Assembly (NCBI GenBank): GCA_964448475.1
Contig: CAYVBA010000004.1
Coordinates: 1-50,101, forward strand
Length of the DNA stretch: 50,101 nt
Direction of reading: 5' to 3'
Source of the DNA: an uncultured Coriobacteriales bacterium
GTDB taxonomy: Bacteria > Actinomycetota > Coriobacteriia > Coriobacteriales > CAYVBA01
The position numbers and the translations under genes are program-made. Positions 18,650 to 27,199 of the stretch are shown here, in pieces. How positions within the stretch are numbered: position 1 is the first letter of the stretch; every line of letters begins with the position of its first letter. The notes under the pieces are model-generated. The model was given only the letters and a program-made list of their open reading frames with translations, did no database searches and was not told the DNA's origin.

Positions 18650-18907
18650 TCAGGGAACTGGATCATATCCACCTTTATGGAATGGATGGCATCTGAAAAT
18701 GCGTTTCACACCGAGATAGATACCTCGTATTACACCATACTTCCTGATAGCTTCGAGAGCATATTGGGAGCATGTGGGTGAATATATACAACTCGAGGGC
18801 AGTAGGGGAGAGATCAGACGTTGGTAGACGATGATCGGAGCTTGGAACACGATGATGATACCTCTGTGGAGAGGAGATCTGTTCTCATGATTCCTATGCT
18901 CGGCCAT
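18650..18907 (-). CDS. yidD: Membrane protein insertion efficiency factor YidD
   Basis: [31 protein letters not shown]. Confidence 0.92.
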   Translation of the reverse strand: MAEHRNHENRSPLHRGIIIVFQAPIIVYQRLISPLLPSSCIYSPTCSQYALEAIRKYGVIRGIYLGVKRIFRCHPFHKGGYDPVP

Positions 18908-19235
18908 CGCCGAAACCTGCCCTTTTGAGTAGATCGGCGAGCTCCTTCGTCACTTCCTGTGTCGATGAAGAAGAAGTCCTGCCGGTTGCCATGAGGATGA
19001 TATCGAAACCTGGCTTGGGAAGCTCGAGACTACGTGCAGCCTCCCTCATGACACGCTTGGAGCGATTCCGTTTTACGGCGTTTCCGAGTTTCTTGCCCGC
19101 AATAAAAGCAACGCGACCGGTCTGGTCGCGTTGGCTGGGCTCATCCTTCACGAGGATCCTGATCACTTTACCGTTGAATCTTCTTGAGTTCTTGAGAACG
19201 TACTCGATCTCGGAAGATGCGCGGATCGTGTTCAA
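18894..19235 (-). CDS. rnpA: Ribonuclease P protein component
   Basis: [16 protein letters not shown] (RNR motif). TTG start 4 nt after the rpmH stop. Confidence 0.9.
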   Translation of the reverse strand: MNTIRASSEIEYVLKNSRRFNGKVIRILVKDEPSQRDQTGRVAFIAGKKLGNAVKRNRSKRVMREAARSLELPKPGFDIILMATGRTSSSSTQEVTKELADLLKRAGFGDGRA

Positions 19236-19238
19236 TGG

Positions 19239-19376
19239 TTACACAGTCAGGCGCTTGCGACCCTTAGCACGGCGTGCAGCGAGGACGTGACGTCCACCCT
19301 TGGTTGCCATGCGGCTCCTGAATCCGTGGGTCTTAGCCCTCTTACGGCGATTTGGTTGATACGTGCGCTTGGTCAT
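19239..19376 (-). CDS. rpmH: 50S ribosomal protein L34 (45 aa; below the ORF-track cutoff)
   Basis: Hand translation of the minus strand: [51 protein letters not shown] Shine-Dalgarno upstream. Confidence 0.95.
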   Translation of the reverse strand: MTKRTYQPNRRKRAKTHGFRSRMATKGGRHVLAARRAKGRKRLTV

Positions 19377-19493
19377 TACGTCCTCCTATAGCACGAGCGA
19401 TCTGCTCATAAGCTTCCAGATTATAAGTTCTACCTGTATCGATGTCAATGAAATCGATGATAACACCGCCAGTGGGGAGTTCTCCATGATAGC

Positions 19494-19778
19494 TGTGGAA
19501 AACTTCCTTACAAGGGGTGAAATCAGTGATACCACATGCTATAGTTTTTCTGCTCGCTATGCAATTTGATAACCATATATCGGATATTTATACGTAATGT
19601 ATCCCAGATAAGCTTGTTTGATTCATAGGGGATTCTGGAATCATTGGAATCGAAAAACAGGATTCCATCCATTCCAGCAGTTTATTCCACTGGATTCCAT
19701 ATGATTCCGCCAGTTTTCCACTTTTGTGGAACACTTTGTGGATAATGATGGAAATTACCAGGTCATGGATGTGAATAA
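19494..19778. other. oriC part 1: DnaA-box cluster between rpmH and the gene upstream of dnaA
   Basis: TGTGGAAAA 19494-19502; TTTTCCAC 19714-19721 facing TGTGGAAC 19725-19732; perfect TGTGGATAA 19737-19745; TGTGAATAA 19770-19778. AT-rich stretch about 19561-19600. Confidence 0.7.
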
Positions 19779-19802
19779 CTCCCCAGCTATTCAGGAATCC
19801 AC
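19631..19802. repeat. Array of GATTCC/GGAATC hexamers in the origin region
   Basis: Exact GATTCC at 19661, 19693, 19703. Exact GGAATC at 19637, 19646, 19794. ATTCCA at 19671 and 19684. GATTCT at 19631. Confidence 0.75.
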
Positions 19803-19852
19803 GTCCGATAACTATGGTTACCAGGTATTTAGATGGTATTTAAGTTATACAC

Positions 19853-20716
19853 ATGCCGTTGATAAGTACGGTGGACGGAACGAACCAGTGGGATGAAGAT
19901 TGGGGGAGCGTGAAAGAGTTTTATGCAACGCCTGACAGGGGTCAGCCTGAAGCTCCCATCTTCGATCCGCCTCTTCAGGCTCAGCCGTATGTGGATGACA
20001 CCCTCAAGGTCGAGAATCCAGCGCGTATAGCTATCTACGATGACCTACTCTCAGCTCCCCGTGTCGTGGTGGTGGAACCTCAAGGTATCCGTGAGTATCT
20101 CGATGAGATCTCTCTTCAGACCTACAACGCCTCCAGGTTGCAAGGAGGGGAGTTCCCATACACGGTAATCGAACAGGTCGTCGAGAACTTCATCCATGCG
20201 TACTTCGAAGAGCCCACTATCTCCATCACTAACGATGGAAGGACCATCCGCTTCACCGATCAGGGCCCCGGCATCTCCAATAAGGAGTTGGCACAACAGG
20301 TGGGGGTCACATCCGCCTCCCAGGATATGAAGCGTTTCATCAGGGGAGTGGGATCTGGTCTTCCCACCGTTAAGGAATATCTGACTTTCCAAGGTGGTCG
20401 TATGACCATCGAGGACAACATAAACAAAGGCACGATCATCACCATAACCATGGTGAAGGAACGCGATCCTATCCAGGAGGAACAGGAGAAGGAGACGTTC
20501 ATCGCTATAAACATCGATGACGACCAGAGGCGCGCACTCTATCTCTTCGATGATTTCGATCTGATCGGGCCGAAGGAATTGCGTGAGTGTCTCGGAATGG
20601 CGGATTCCACCGCCTCAAGGAAACTCCAGCAGATGGCTGATTTCGATCTCATCAAGAAGTCAGGTATCAAATACAAGCTCACCGAGTTCGGAAAGCGCTA
20701 TATCGAGTCTCTATAG
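19853..20716 (+). CDS. GHKL/HATPase_c(_4)-like ATP-binding domain fused to a C-terminal winged-HTH; putative regulator upstream of dnaA
   Basis: N-box-like YTVIEQVVENFIHAYF, G1-like FTDQGPGI, G2-like RGVGSGLP. C-terminal LRECLGMADSTASRKLQQMADFDLIKKSGIKYKLTEFG. Stop is 9 nt before the dnaA ATG. No clear SD at 19853, so the exact start is uncertain. Confidence 0.6.
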   Translation: MPLISTVDGTNQWDEDWGSVKEFYATPDRGQPEAPIFDPPLQAQPYVDDTLKVENPARIAIYDDLLSAPRVVVVEPQGIREYLDEISLQTYNASRLQGGEFPYTVIEQVVENFIHAYFEEPTISITNDGRTIRFTDQGPGISNKELAQQVGVTSASQDMKRFIRGVGSGLPTVKEYLTFQGGRMTIEDNINKGTIITITMVKERDPIQEEQEKETFIAINIDDDQRRALYLFDDFDLIGPKELRECLGMADSTASRKLQQMADFDLIKKSGIKYKLTEFGKRYIESL

Positions 20717-20725
20717 GTTGGAAGT

Positions 20726-22210
20726 ATGGAAACTAACACTGACGAAATCATCTTGTTCCTTTGGAATGACACGATGAAGCTCATAACCGAGACGCATGAC
20801 GATCCGAAGATGATCGCATGGTTGAAGTTGTTGAAGCCTATCGAACTCACCTCGAACAAACTCGTTCTGGTGTGCGAGCTCCAATGGCCGGCACGTAAGA
20901 TCATGTCGGACTATAAAGCTGATATAGAACGATGTCTGAAGGAGATCACCTTCGAGGATATAGACATCCATATCGAGATCGATCCTTCGAAGTTCGATGC
21001 CTCAGAGATCGAAATCTCCAAGCCGGAGGTCGTTGAATACGTGACACCCCAACGGCAGCCCGAGCCCATCTATGTACAGCCCCAGCCCACACAGGTCGAG
21101 AAGGTCGGGAGGAACCTCAAGACCGAAGTCAATTCGACCATCCCGACCAATGTCTCGATGAAGACGTTCGACACACTCGTCACCGGTGAGGCTAATAAGA
21201 TGGCGGTCAATTTCGCTCATCGAGTAGCGGAGTTGCCAGGACAGGATTCATTCAATCCTTTCTATGTATACGGGAAGAGCGGTACAGGCAAGACCCATCT
21301 CCTTCTCGCCATCTTGAACCACATCGAGATGACCCAGCCGCATCTCAAGACGCTCTATGTGACTTCGGAGCAGTTCACGAACGATTACATCCGTGAGATC
21401 GGTGAATCCAAGAAGACACAGAGTGGTCTTCCTATCATGAGGAATTACGAGAACGTGGACGTCCTCCTCGTCGACGATGTCCAGTTCTTCGAGGGTAAGG
21501 AAGAGACAATCACCTATTTCTTCCATTACTTCAATCGTGTGAAGGCGGAAGGGAAGCAGATCATACTTTCCGCTGATAGACCACCCAAGGACCTCACCTT
21601 GGATGAGAGGATGACCAGTAGGTTCAACGAAGGTCTTCTCACACCTATAAGTCCGCCTACGATCGAGATGAAGACTGCGATCATCAGGGCGTTATATCAC
21701 AACATGACCCAGACCGACCCGTGGTACAAGATCCAGATCGATGAATCGATCCTCTTCTACATGGCTGAGATTTCGAGCTCGAACGTGCGCGAGATTGAGG
21801 GATTCTTCACTTCTGTGATGGTGTTGGCTGAGCAGCTCGCATCCGAAGACCTGGAAATCACTAGGGATCATGTGAGACAGCAGGCTGAGGAGAGCTTCAA
21901 TCTCAATTACCTCCATAAGGTGTCGATCCAGACTATCCAGAAGGAGGTCGAGAAGAACCTGAACGTCACCCACGAAGATATGATCGGATCGAGCAGGAAG
22001 AAACACATCAACTTCGCTCGTCAGGTCGCTATGTTCCTCTCCCGTGAGCTCACCGATGAACCATTCGCTGCTATCGGCGAGAAGTTCGGGAGACGAGACC
22101 ACACGACTATCATCAACGGCGTGAAGAACATCAAGGAGCGGGTAGAGAACGACCGTGTCTTCTACGAACAGATAGAGACACTGAAGAATAGGATCAGGCG
22201 TATGTCGTAG
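20726..22210 (+). CDS. dnaA: Chromosomal replication initiator DnaA
   Basis: Walker A GKSGTGKTHLL, LLVDDVQF, domain IV RRDHTTIINGVKNI. Confidence 0.97.
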   Translation: METNTDEIILFLWNDTMKLITETHDDPKMIAWLKLLKPIELTSNKLVLVCELQWPARKIMSDYKADIERCLKEITFEDIDIHIEIDPSKFDASEIEISKPEVVEYVTPQRQPEPIYVQPQPTQVEKVGRNLKTEVNSTIPTNVSMKTFDTLVTGEANKMAVNFAHRVAELPGQDSFNPFYVYGKSGTGKTHLLLAILNHIEMTQPHLKTLYVTSEQFTNDYIREIGESKKTQSGLPIMRNYENVDVLLVDDVQFFEGKEETITYFFHYFNRVKAEGKQIILSADRPPKDLTLDERMTSRFNEGLLTPISPPTIEMKTAIIRALYHNMTQTDPWYKIQIDESILFYMAEISSSNVREIEGFFTSVMVLAEQLASEDLEITRDHVRQQAEESFNLNYLHKVSIQTIQKEVEKNLNVTHEDMIGSSRKKHINFARQVAMFLSRELTDEPFAAIGEKFGRRDHTTIINGVKNIKERVENDRVFYEQIETLKNRIRRMS

Positions 22211-22243
22211 TGTGTAGAACTAGGTGTAAACGACCTTCGATTG

Positions 22244-22414
22244 GCGTGGAAAGTGTGGGGAGAAATTCTTATCCCACAGGAGATAGAGAATCCGGTGGAA
22301 GGGGTTGAGAACTTTCAACCGAACGACTTGAGATCCGTAAGCTTCTTACAAGCAGGTTCGTCAGTTTTCAACATATCCACCGAGGTTATTATTATGATGA
22401 TCTTCATATATAAA
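22244..22414. other. oriC part 2: dnaA-dnaN spacer with degenerate DnaA boxes and AT-rich candidate unwinding element
   Basis: GTGGAAA at 22246, TTATCCCACA at 22269-22278, ATATCCAC at 22373-22380. AT-rich TTATTATTATGATGATCTTCATATATAAAG about 22385-22414. Confidence 0.55.
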
Positions 22415-22428
22415 GAGAGGACCTTAGA

Positions 22429-23541
22429 ATGAGATTCAGCGTAGGCCAGAGTAGCTTGATCACAGCTCTCAACACCGTTTCGAAAGCATGCTCGGTCAGC
22501 AGCTCTCTCCCGATCCTCATGGGGATCCATATCAAAGCTATGGATGGCCTTGTGGAGTTCGAGGCTACCGATCTCAACACCTCCATCCGAAGCACAATTC
22601 CCGCCTTGGTCGAGGTACCGGGTGAGATCGTCGTGTCAGGAAAGGTCTTCCAGGACATCGTGAAGAGCCTACCGGATGCTGCCGTTTCGATCGAACTCGT
22701 GAACAACACGCTCCTCATCAACTGTGAGCGTTCATCGTTCAAAGTGAATACCTTGGATCCCGTGGATTTCCCCTCGTTCCCCGTGTTCCAAGAGTCGGAG
22801 TCGGTGCAACTTCCCACGAAACTACTGACCGACCTCGTCAATAGGGTGAGAAGAGCAGCTGCTACGGATAAGACCAGAGCTATTCTCACCGGTATCCTCC
22901 TCTCCATCGAGAACAACACGATCAAGCTCGTCTCGACCGACTCGTACCGCCTCGCTATCGCTGAGGCTCATTCGGAGACGAGTAGCCTTGAAGGTTCTCT
23001 GGAAGTCATCGTTCCAGCCGCTTCATTCACTGAAGCTCTTTCCATAGCGGGGAGCGGGGTAGAGGATTTCAAGCTGTCGCTTTCCGAGAACCAACTCATG
23101 TTCACCATCGGTGAGACCGTCTACATCACTCGCCGTATCGAAGGGAACTTCCCCAACTACAAACAGCTCCTTCCTAAGGACAAGGCGACCTCGATAGAGA
23201 TTCCTCTCGGAGATCTCACCAACGCATTAAGGCGTGTCGCGGTCATGGCTCAGAAGACGACACCGGTGAGATTCGCTGTTTCCGCTGAGGATAATCTGGT
23301 GACCCTCATGTCTCGGAGCCCCGATCAAGGTGGAGCTCAGGAGGAAGTAGTCGCCGAGGTCGAAGGTGAGGATATGGAGATCGCTTTCAACCATCACTAC
23401 GTCCTGGACGGTCTCTCCATGAAAGCTGATGCGGACGAGAAGGTCATGATCGAGCTCCAATCAGCACTGAAGCCCGGTATCTTCCGTATGTTCGGATCGG
23501 TTGATTATCTCTACCTGGTCATGCCCGTACGGATGAACTGA
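22429..23541 (+). CDS. dnaN: DNA polymerase III beta sliding clamp
   Basis: Three-domain clamp pattern. LVSTDSYRLA, MPVRMN C-terminus. Synteny. Confidence 0.95.
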   Translation: MRFSVGQSSLITALNTVSKACSVSSSLPILMGIHIKAMDGLVEFEATDLNTSIRSTIPALVEVPGEIVVSGKVFQDIVKSLPDAAVSIELVNNTLLINCERSSFKVNTLDPVDFPSFPVFQESESVQLPTKLLTDLVNRVRRAAATDKTRAILTGILLSIENNTIKLVSTDSYRLAIAEAHSETSSLEGSLEVIVPAASFTEALSIAGSGVEDFKLSLSENQLMFTIGETVYITRRIEGNFPNYKQLLPKDKATSIEIPLGDLTNALRRVAVMAQKTTPVRFAVSAEDNLVTLMSRSPDQGGAQEEVVAEVEGEDMEIAFNHHYVLDGLSMKADADEKVMIELQSALKPGIFRMFGSVDYLYLVMPVRMN

Positions 23542-23542
23542 T

Positions 23543-24622
23543 GTGAGTCTGCGTATCACCGAATTGAAACTTCTGGATTTCAGGAGCTTCGAGGATCTCC
23601 ATCTACCTATAGAAGAGGATCTCGTCATCATCCTCGGACCGAACGCTGCCGGTAAGACCAACCTCATAGAAGCACTTTCAGTGCTGACATCAGGGGAGTC
23701 ATTCCGCACATCATCCATGAAGGATCTCATCAGAGTAGGGAAGAAGAGAGCCTCTGCCCGTCTTCACTACCAAGGAGATGTGCGCTCTCTGGACGTGATA
23801 GCGGAGTTGGAGAAGAGGAAATCCTTCAAACTCAACGGCAAACCGATCCGAACCGAGGAGCTCAGGAAACTCGTTCCTTCCGTTTCCTTCACACCCAACG
23901 ATCTCGATCTCGTCAAACGCGGGTCATCATTACGGCGAGAAGCTCTGGATCGTCTCGGAGTGATACTGCATCCGAATTATGTCGAGTTCAGTCGAGCGTA
24001 CGAGCGTGCACTCATACAGCGTAATTCGGTTCTAAAGGACCAGTTCATAGACGAAGCTGTTCTTGCTGCATGGACGGAGAACCTGGTCATCAACGGTACG
24101 TTGCTCACGCTCTACAGGAGATCACTCTTCGAGAGATTAATACCGTTCATCCAGGAAGCCTATGCTCGGCTCTCGCCAGCAGAAGACGTAGACGGATCCT
24201 ACGAATCGAGCATAGAGGGAGCACCTTCGGATAAGGAAGGCTTCCAAGAAGCATTCCACCAGCGAATACGTGAGAATTCCGAAGAGGAGAGGATGAGAGG
24301 GATGACCCTCATCGGCCCTCAACGTGATGATGTGAGATTGACGCTCGATGGAAGGGATATCCGAAACTTCGGTTCACAAGGGCAACAACGTACCATGGTC
24401 CTCGCGTGGAAGATGGCGGAGATGAAGGCGATAGAGGATTATCTCGGCCAGGTTCCTATCCTCCTACTCGATGACGTCATGTCTGAACTCGATGAACATA
24501 GACGCGCTGAGCTCCTTTCGTTCGTCGATGGCCGCGTTCAGACCTTCATCAGCTCGACGACCGTCGAGTACTTCCCTGATGAGGTACTTTCACGGGCGCA
24601 GGTGGTGAGACTCGGTGGCTAA
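23543..24622 (+). CDS. recF: DNA replication/repair protein RecF
   Basis: Walker A GPNAAGKTNLIEAL, signature SQGQQRT, Walker B LLLDDV. GTG start. Confidence 0.95.
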   Translation: MSLRITELKLLDFRSFEDLHLPIEEDLVIILGPNAAGKTNLIEALSVLTSGESFRTSSMKDLIRVGKKRASARLHYQGDVRSLDVIAELEKRKSFKLNGKPIRTEELRKLVPSVSFTPNDLDLVKRGSSLRREALDRLGVILHPNYVEFSRAYERALIQRNSVLKDQFIDEAVLAAWTENLVINGTLLTLYRRSLFERLIPFIQEAYARLSPAEDVDGSYESSIEGAPSDKEGFQEAFHQRIRENSEEERMRGMTLIGPQRDDVRLTLDGRDIRNFGSQGQQRTMVLAWKMAEMKAIEDYLGQVPILLLDDVMSELDEHRRAELLSFVDGRVQTFISSTTVEYFPDEVLSRAQVVRLGG

Positions 24623-24623
24623 T

Positions 24624-25130
24624 ATGGATCTCAGTGGACTGATGGGTTCGTATCTCGGTGACCTCAGAGTGACCCAATCTTCCCGTAACAGATTCTTCGC
24701 ACTCCATAGAATCTGGGAGGATATCGGTGATGCGAACACACACGAGTTCACTCGAGGCATCTACCTCATAGAAGATGCGGATCCACCCACCCTTAAGGTG
24801 TATGTGGAAAGCCCTCAGTGGGCCCAGGAATTCACCATGAACAAGGTGTTCTATCTCGCGAAGTTGAAGCGGAGGTATCCCGAGGCGCCTTTCTCGGATC
24901 TGGTTTTCGTCGTTAATAAGGATGTGAAGAGGAAGAAAGCCGCAGAGAAGAAGGAAGCGGAACCTCATTACCGTGAGATGGGCGACATCTCCGTGACACT
25001 CGATGAGAAAGAGCGTCAGGAGATCGTAGGGATGGTGTCGGATATCCGCAGTGATGATGTGAGAGAAGCGGCTAGAAAAGCGACAGAAGCCTATCTCTCA
25101 TGGAAAAAAAGACTCGAGCCCTCAAAATAG
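24624..25130 (+). CDS. DUF721 / DciA-like protein (candidate replicative-helicase operator)
   Basis: Conserved recF-DUF721-gyrB position. W..IGD....HT.......TLKVYVESPQWAQEF pattern. Basic/acidic C-terminal tail. Alternative GTG start at 24615. Confidence 0.6.
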   Translation: MDLSGLMGSYLGDLRVTQSSRNRFFALHRIWEDIGDANTHEFTRGIYLIEDADPPTLKVYVESPQWAQEFTMNKVFYLAKLKRRYPEAPFSDLVFVVNKDVKRKKAAEKKEAEPHYREMGDISVTLDEKERQEIVGMVSDIRSDDVREAARKATEAYLSWKKRLEPSK

Positions 25131-25256
25131 CTCAGAACGCATTTGGTTTCCTTGTAGGGCTATGAATACGCCTGATATGAGAGCCCTAATACTGTATACT
25201 TATCCGAACAGATGGCGCCGCGATTGAGAGGCGCCTGTTCCATGTTAGGAGACGAT

Positions 25257-27176
25257 GTGGCTCAATCCTCAAGTAGTTACTCCGGAAGCGATATCCAAGT
25301 ACTGGAAGGACTCGAAGCTGTCCGTAAGCGTCCAGGCATGTATATCGGCTCCACGAGTGAGAGAGGCCTGCACCATCTGGTGTACGAAGTGGTGGATAAC
25401 TCGGTAGACGAGGCGCTGGCTGGTTACTGCACGCGTATCGATGTGACCATCCACGTCGACGGTTCTCTCACCGTGGTCGACAACGGTCGAGGTATTCCGG
25501 TAGACAAACACCCCAAGATGAAGAAGCCGACCCTCGAGGTCGTACTTACCATCCTTCACGCGGGCGGTAAGTTCGGTGATGGTGGATACAAGGTGTCAGG
25601 TGGACTCCACGGTGTCGGTGTTTCCGTCGTGAACGCTCTCTCGGAGCGACTCGTCGCTGAAGTTAAGCGCGACGGTAAGATCTATCGCATGGAGTTCGCA
25701 CGTGGGAAGACGGTATCCAAGCTCGAAGTGGTAGGGAAATCGAAGGCTACCGGGAGCAAGATCACGTTCCTTCCTGACTCCGAGATCTTCGAGACCACCA
25801 TCTTCGACTACGAGACACTCGAGAATCGCCTGCGCGAGATGGCGTTCCTCAACAAGAACCTCAAGATCACCCTCACCGATGAGCGCGAGCTCGAACCCCG
25901 CGTCTCTGAGTTCCAGTTCTCCGGTGGTATCTCGGACTTCGTCAAGTATCTGAACGACGGCAAAGAAGTACTCACCGGTCTTTCTCGCCCTATCTATTTC
26001 GAGTCGGAAGCTGATGAGGGAGAAGTCGAGGTCGCACTCCAATGGAACACGACCTACAACGAGACCATCCTTTCGTTCGCGAACAACATCCACACCACGG
26101 ATGGCGGAACCCACCTCGAAGGCTTCAGGAACTCACTCACCAAGACGATCAATGATTACGCTCGTCGAATGAGCATCCTGAAGGAGAAGGATTCCAACCT
26201 CACAGGTGAGGATTTGCGAGAAGGACTGACGGCTATCGTCTCCGTGAAGTTGAGCGAGCCGCAGTTCGAGGGGCAGACGAAGGCGAAGCTCGGTAACTCG
26301 GAGATGCGTGCGTTCGTATCGCAGGCAATCTCAGCGGGTCTCGGGGAGTTCCTCGAGGAGCATCCCAATCCGGCACGCGAGATCATCAAGAAGGCATCCG
26401 CAGCAGCTAACGCTCGTAAGGCTGCGCAACTCGCGCGTCAGAACACCCGTAGGAAAGGTCTCCTGGATACACTCGCCCTTCCAGGTAAGCTCGCGGATTG
26501 TTCAATCACTACGCCGGAGACCACCGAACTCTACATCGTAGAGGGTGACTCGGCAGGTGGTTCCGCGAAGCAGGCTCGTGACCGTTCCTTCCAAGCCATC
26601 CTTCCGCTGCGCGGCAAGATCCTGAACGTGGAGCGTGCCGGACTCCACCGCTCACTTTCATCCGAGACGATCCAGCAGCTCATCACTGCTATCGGAACAG
26701 GTGTCGGTGACGAGTTCAACGCTGAGGATGCTCGCTACCACAAGATCATCATCATGACCGACGCGGACGTGGATGGCGCGCACATCAGGACGCTGCTCCT
26801 CACGTTCTTCTATCGCTATATGAAGGACCTCATCCACGCCGGATACATCTACATCGCTCAGCCTCCTCTCTACAGGCTGAAGGTCGGGCGCAAGCATACG
26901 TACGTCTACTCCGACGAGGCGCTTCAAGAGGAGATCGCCAAGCTCGAGGAGGGACGTAAGTACGAGATCCAGCGGTATAAGGGTCTCGGTGAGATGGATC
27001 CTGAACAGCTCTGGGATACCACGATGGATCCCAAGAACCGCACACTCCTCCAGGTCCAGATCGATGATGCAGCAGCAGCTGAGCGATCGGTATCGGAATT
27101 GATGGGAAGCGAAGTCGAGTACCGCAGGGACTTCATCCAGAAGCATGCTAAAGACGTCCGGTTCCTGGATATCTAG
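25257..27176 (+). CDS. gyrB: DNA gyrase subunit B
   Basis: [54 protein letters not shown] at 25257 follows AGGAG (25247-25251); alternative in-frame starts at 25212 and 25242. Confidence 0.95.
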   Translation: MAQSSSSYSGSDIQVLEGLEAVRKRPGMYIGSTSERGLHHLVYEVVDNSVDEALAGYCTRIDVTIHVDGSLTVVDNGRGIPVDKHPKMKKPTLEVVLTILHAGGKFGDGGYKVSGGLHGVGVSVVNALSERLVAEVKRDGKIYRMEFARGKTVSKLEVVGKSKATGSKITFLPDSEIFETTIFDYETLENRLREMAFLNKNLKITLTDERELEPRVSEFQFSGGISDFVKYLNDGKEVLTGLSRPIYFESEADEGEVEVALQWNTTYNETILSFANNIHTTDGGTHLEGFRNSLTKTINDYARRMSILKEKDSNLTGEDLREGLTAIVSVKLSEPQFEGQTKAKLGNSEMRAFVSQAISAGLGEFLEEHPNPAREIIKKASAAANARKAAQLARQNTRRKGLLDTLALPGKLADCSITTPETTELYIVEGDSAGGSAKQARDRSFQAILPLRGKILNVERAGLHRSLSSETIQQLITAIGTGVGDEFNAEDARYHKIIIMTDADVDGAHIRTLLLTFFYRYMKDLIHAGYIYIAQPPLYRLKVGRKHTYVYSDEALQEEIAKLEEGRKYEIQRYKGLGEMDPEQLWDTTMDPKNRTLLQVQIDDAAAAERSVSELMGSEVEYRRDFIQKHAKDVRFLDI

Positions 27177-27199
27177 AGACTCGAGCACGAGGAGATCAC

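Noticed and set aside
19363-19569. 68-aa plus-strand ORF in the rpmH-proximal origin region
   Set aside because: It overlaps the rpmH start and promoter region and contains DnaA-box-like sequence. There is no SD and no protein-like features.
22241-22432. 63-aa ORF in the dnaA-dnaN spacer
   Set aside because: It lies in the AT-rich part of oriC and starts at a non-ATG codon without an SD. This spacer is normally non-coding.
25154-25187. 7-bp stem (TAGGGCT/AGCCCTA) after the DUF721 gene as a possible terminator
   Set aside because: It has a 20-nt loop and no U-tract, so it is too weak to call.
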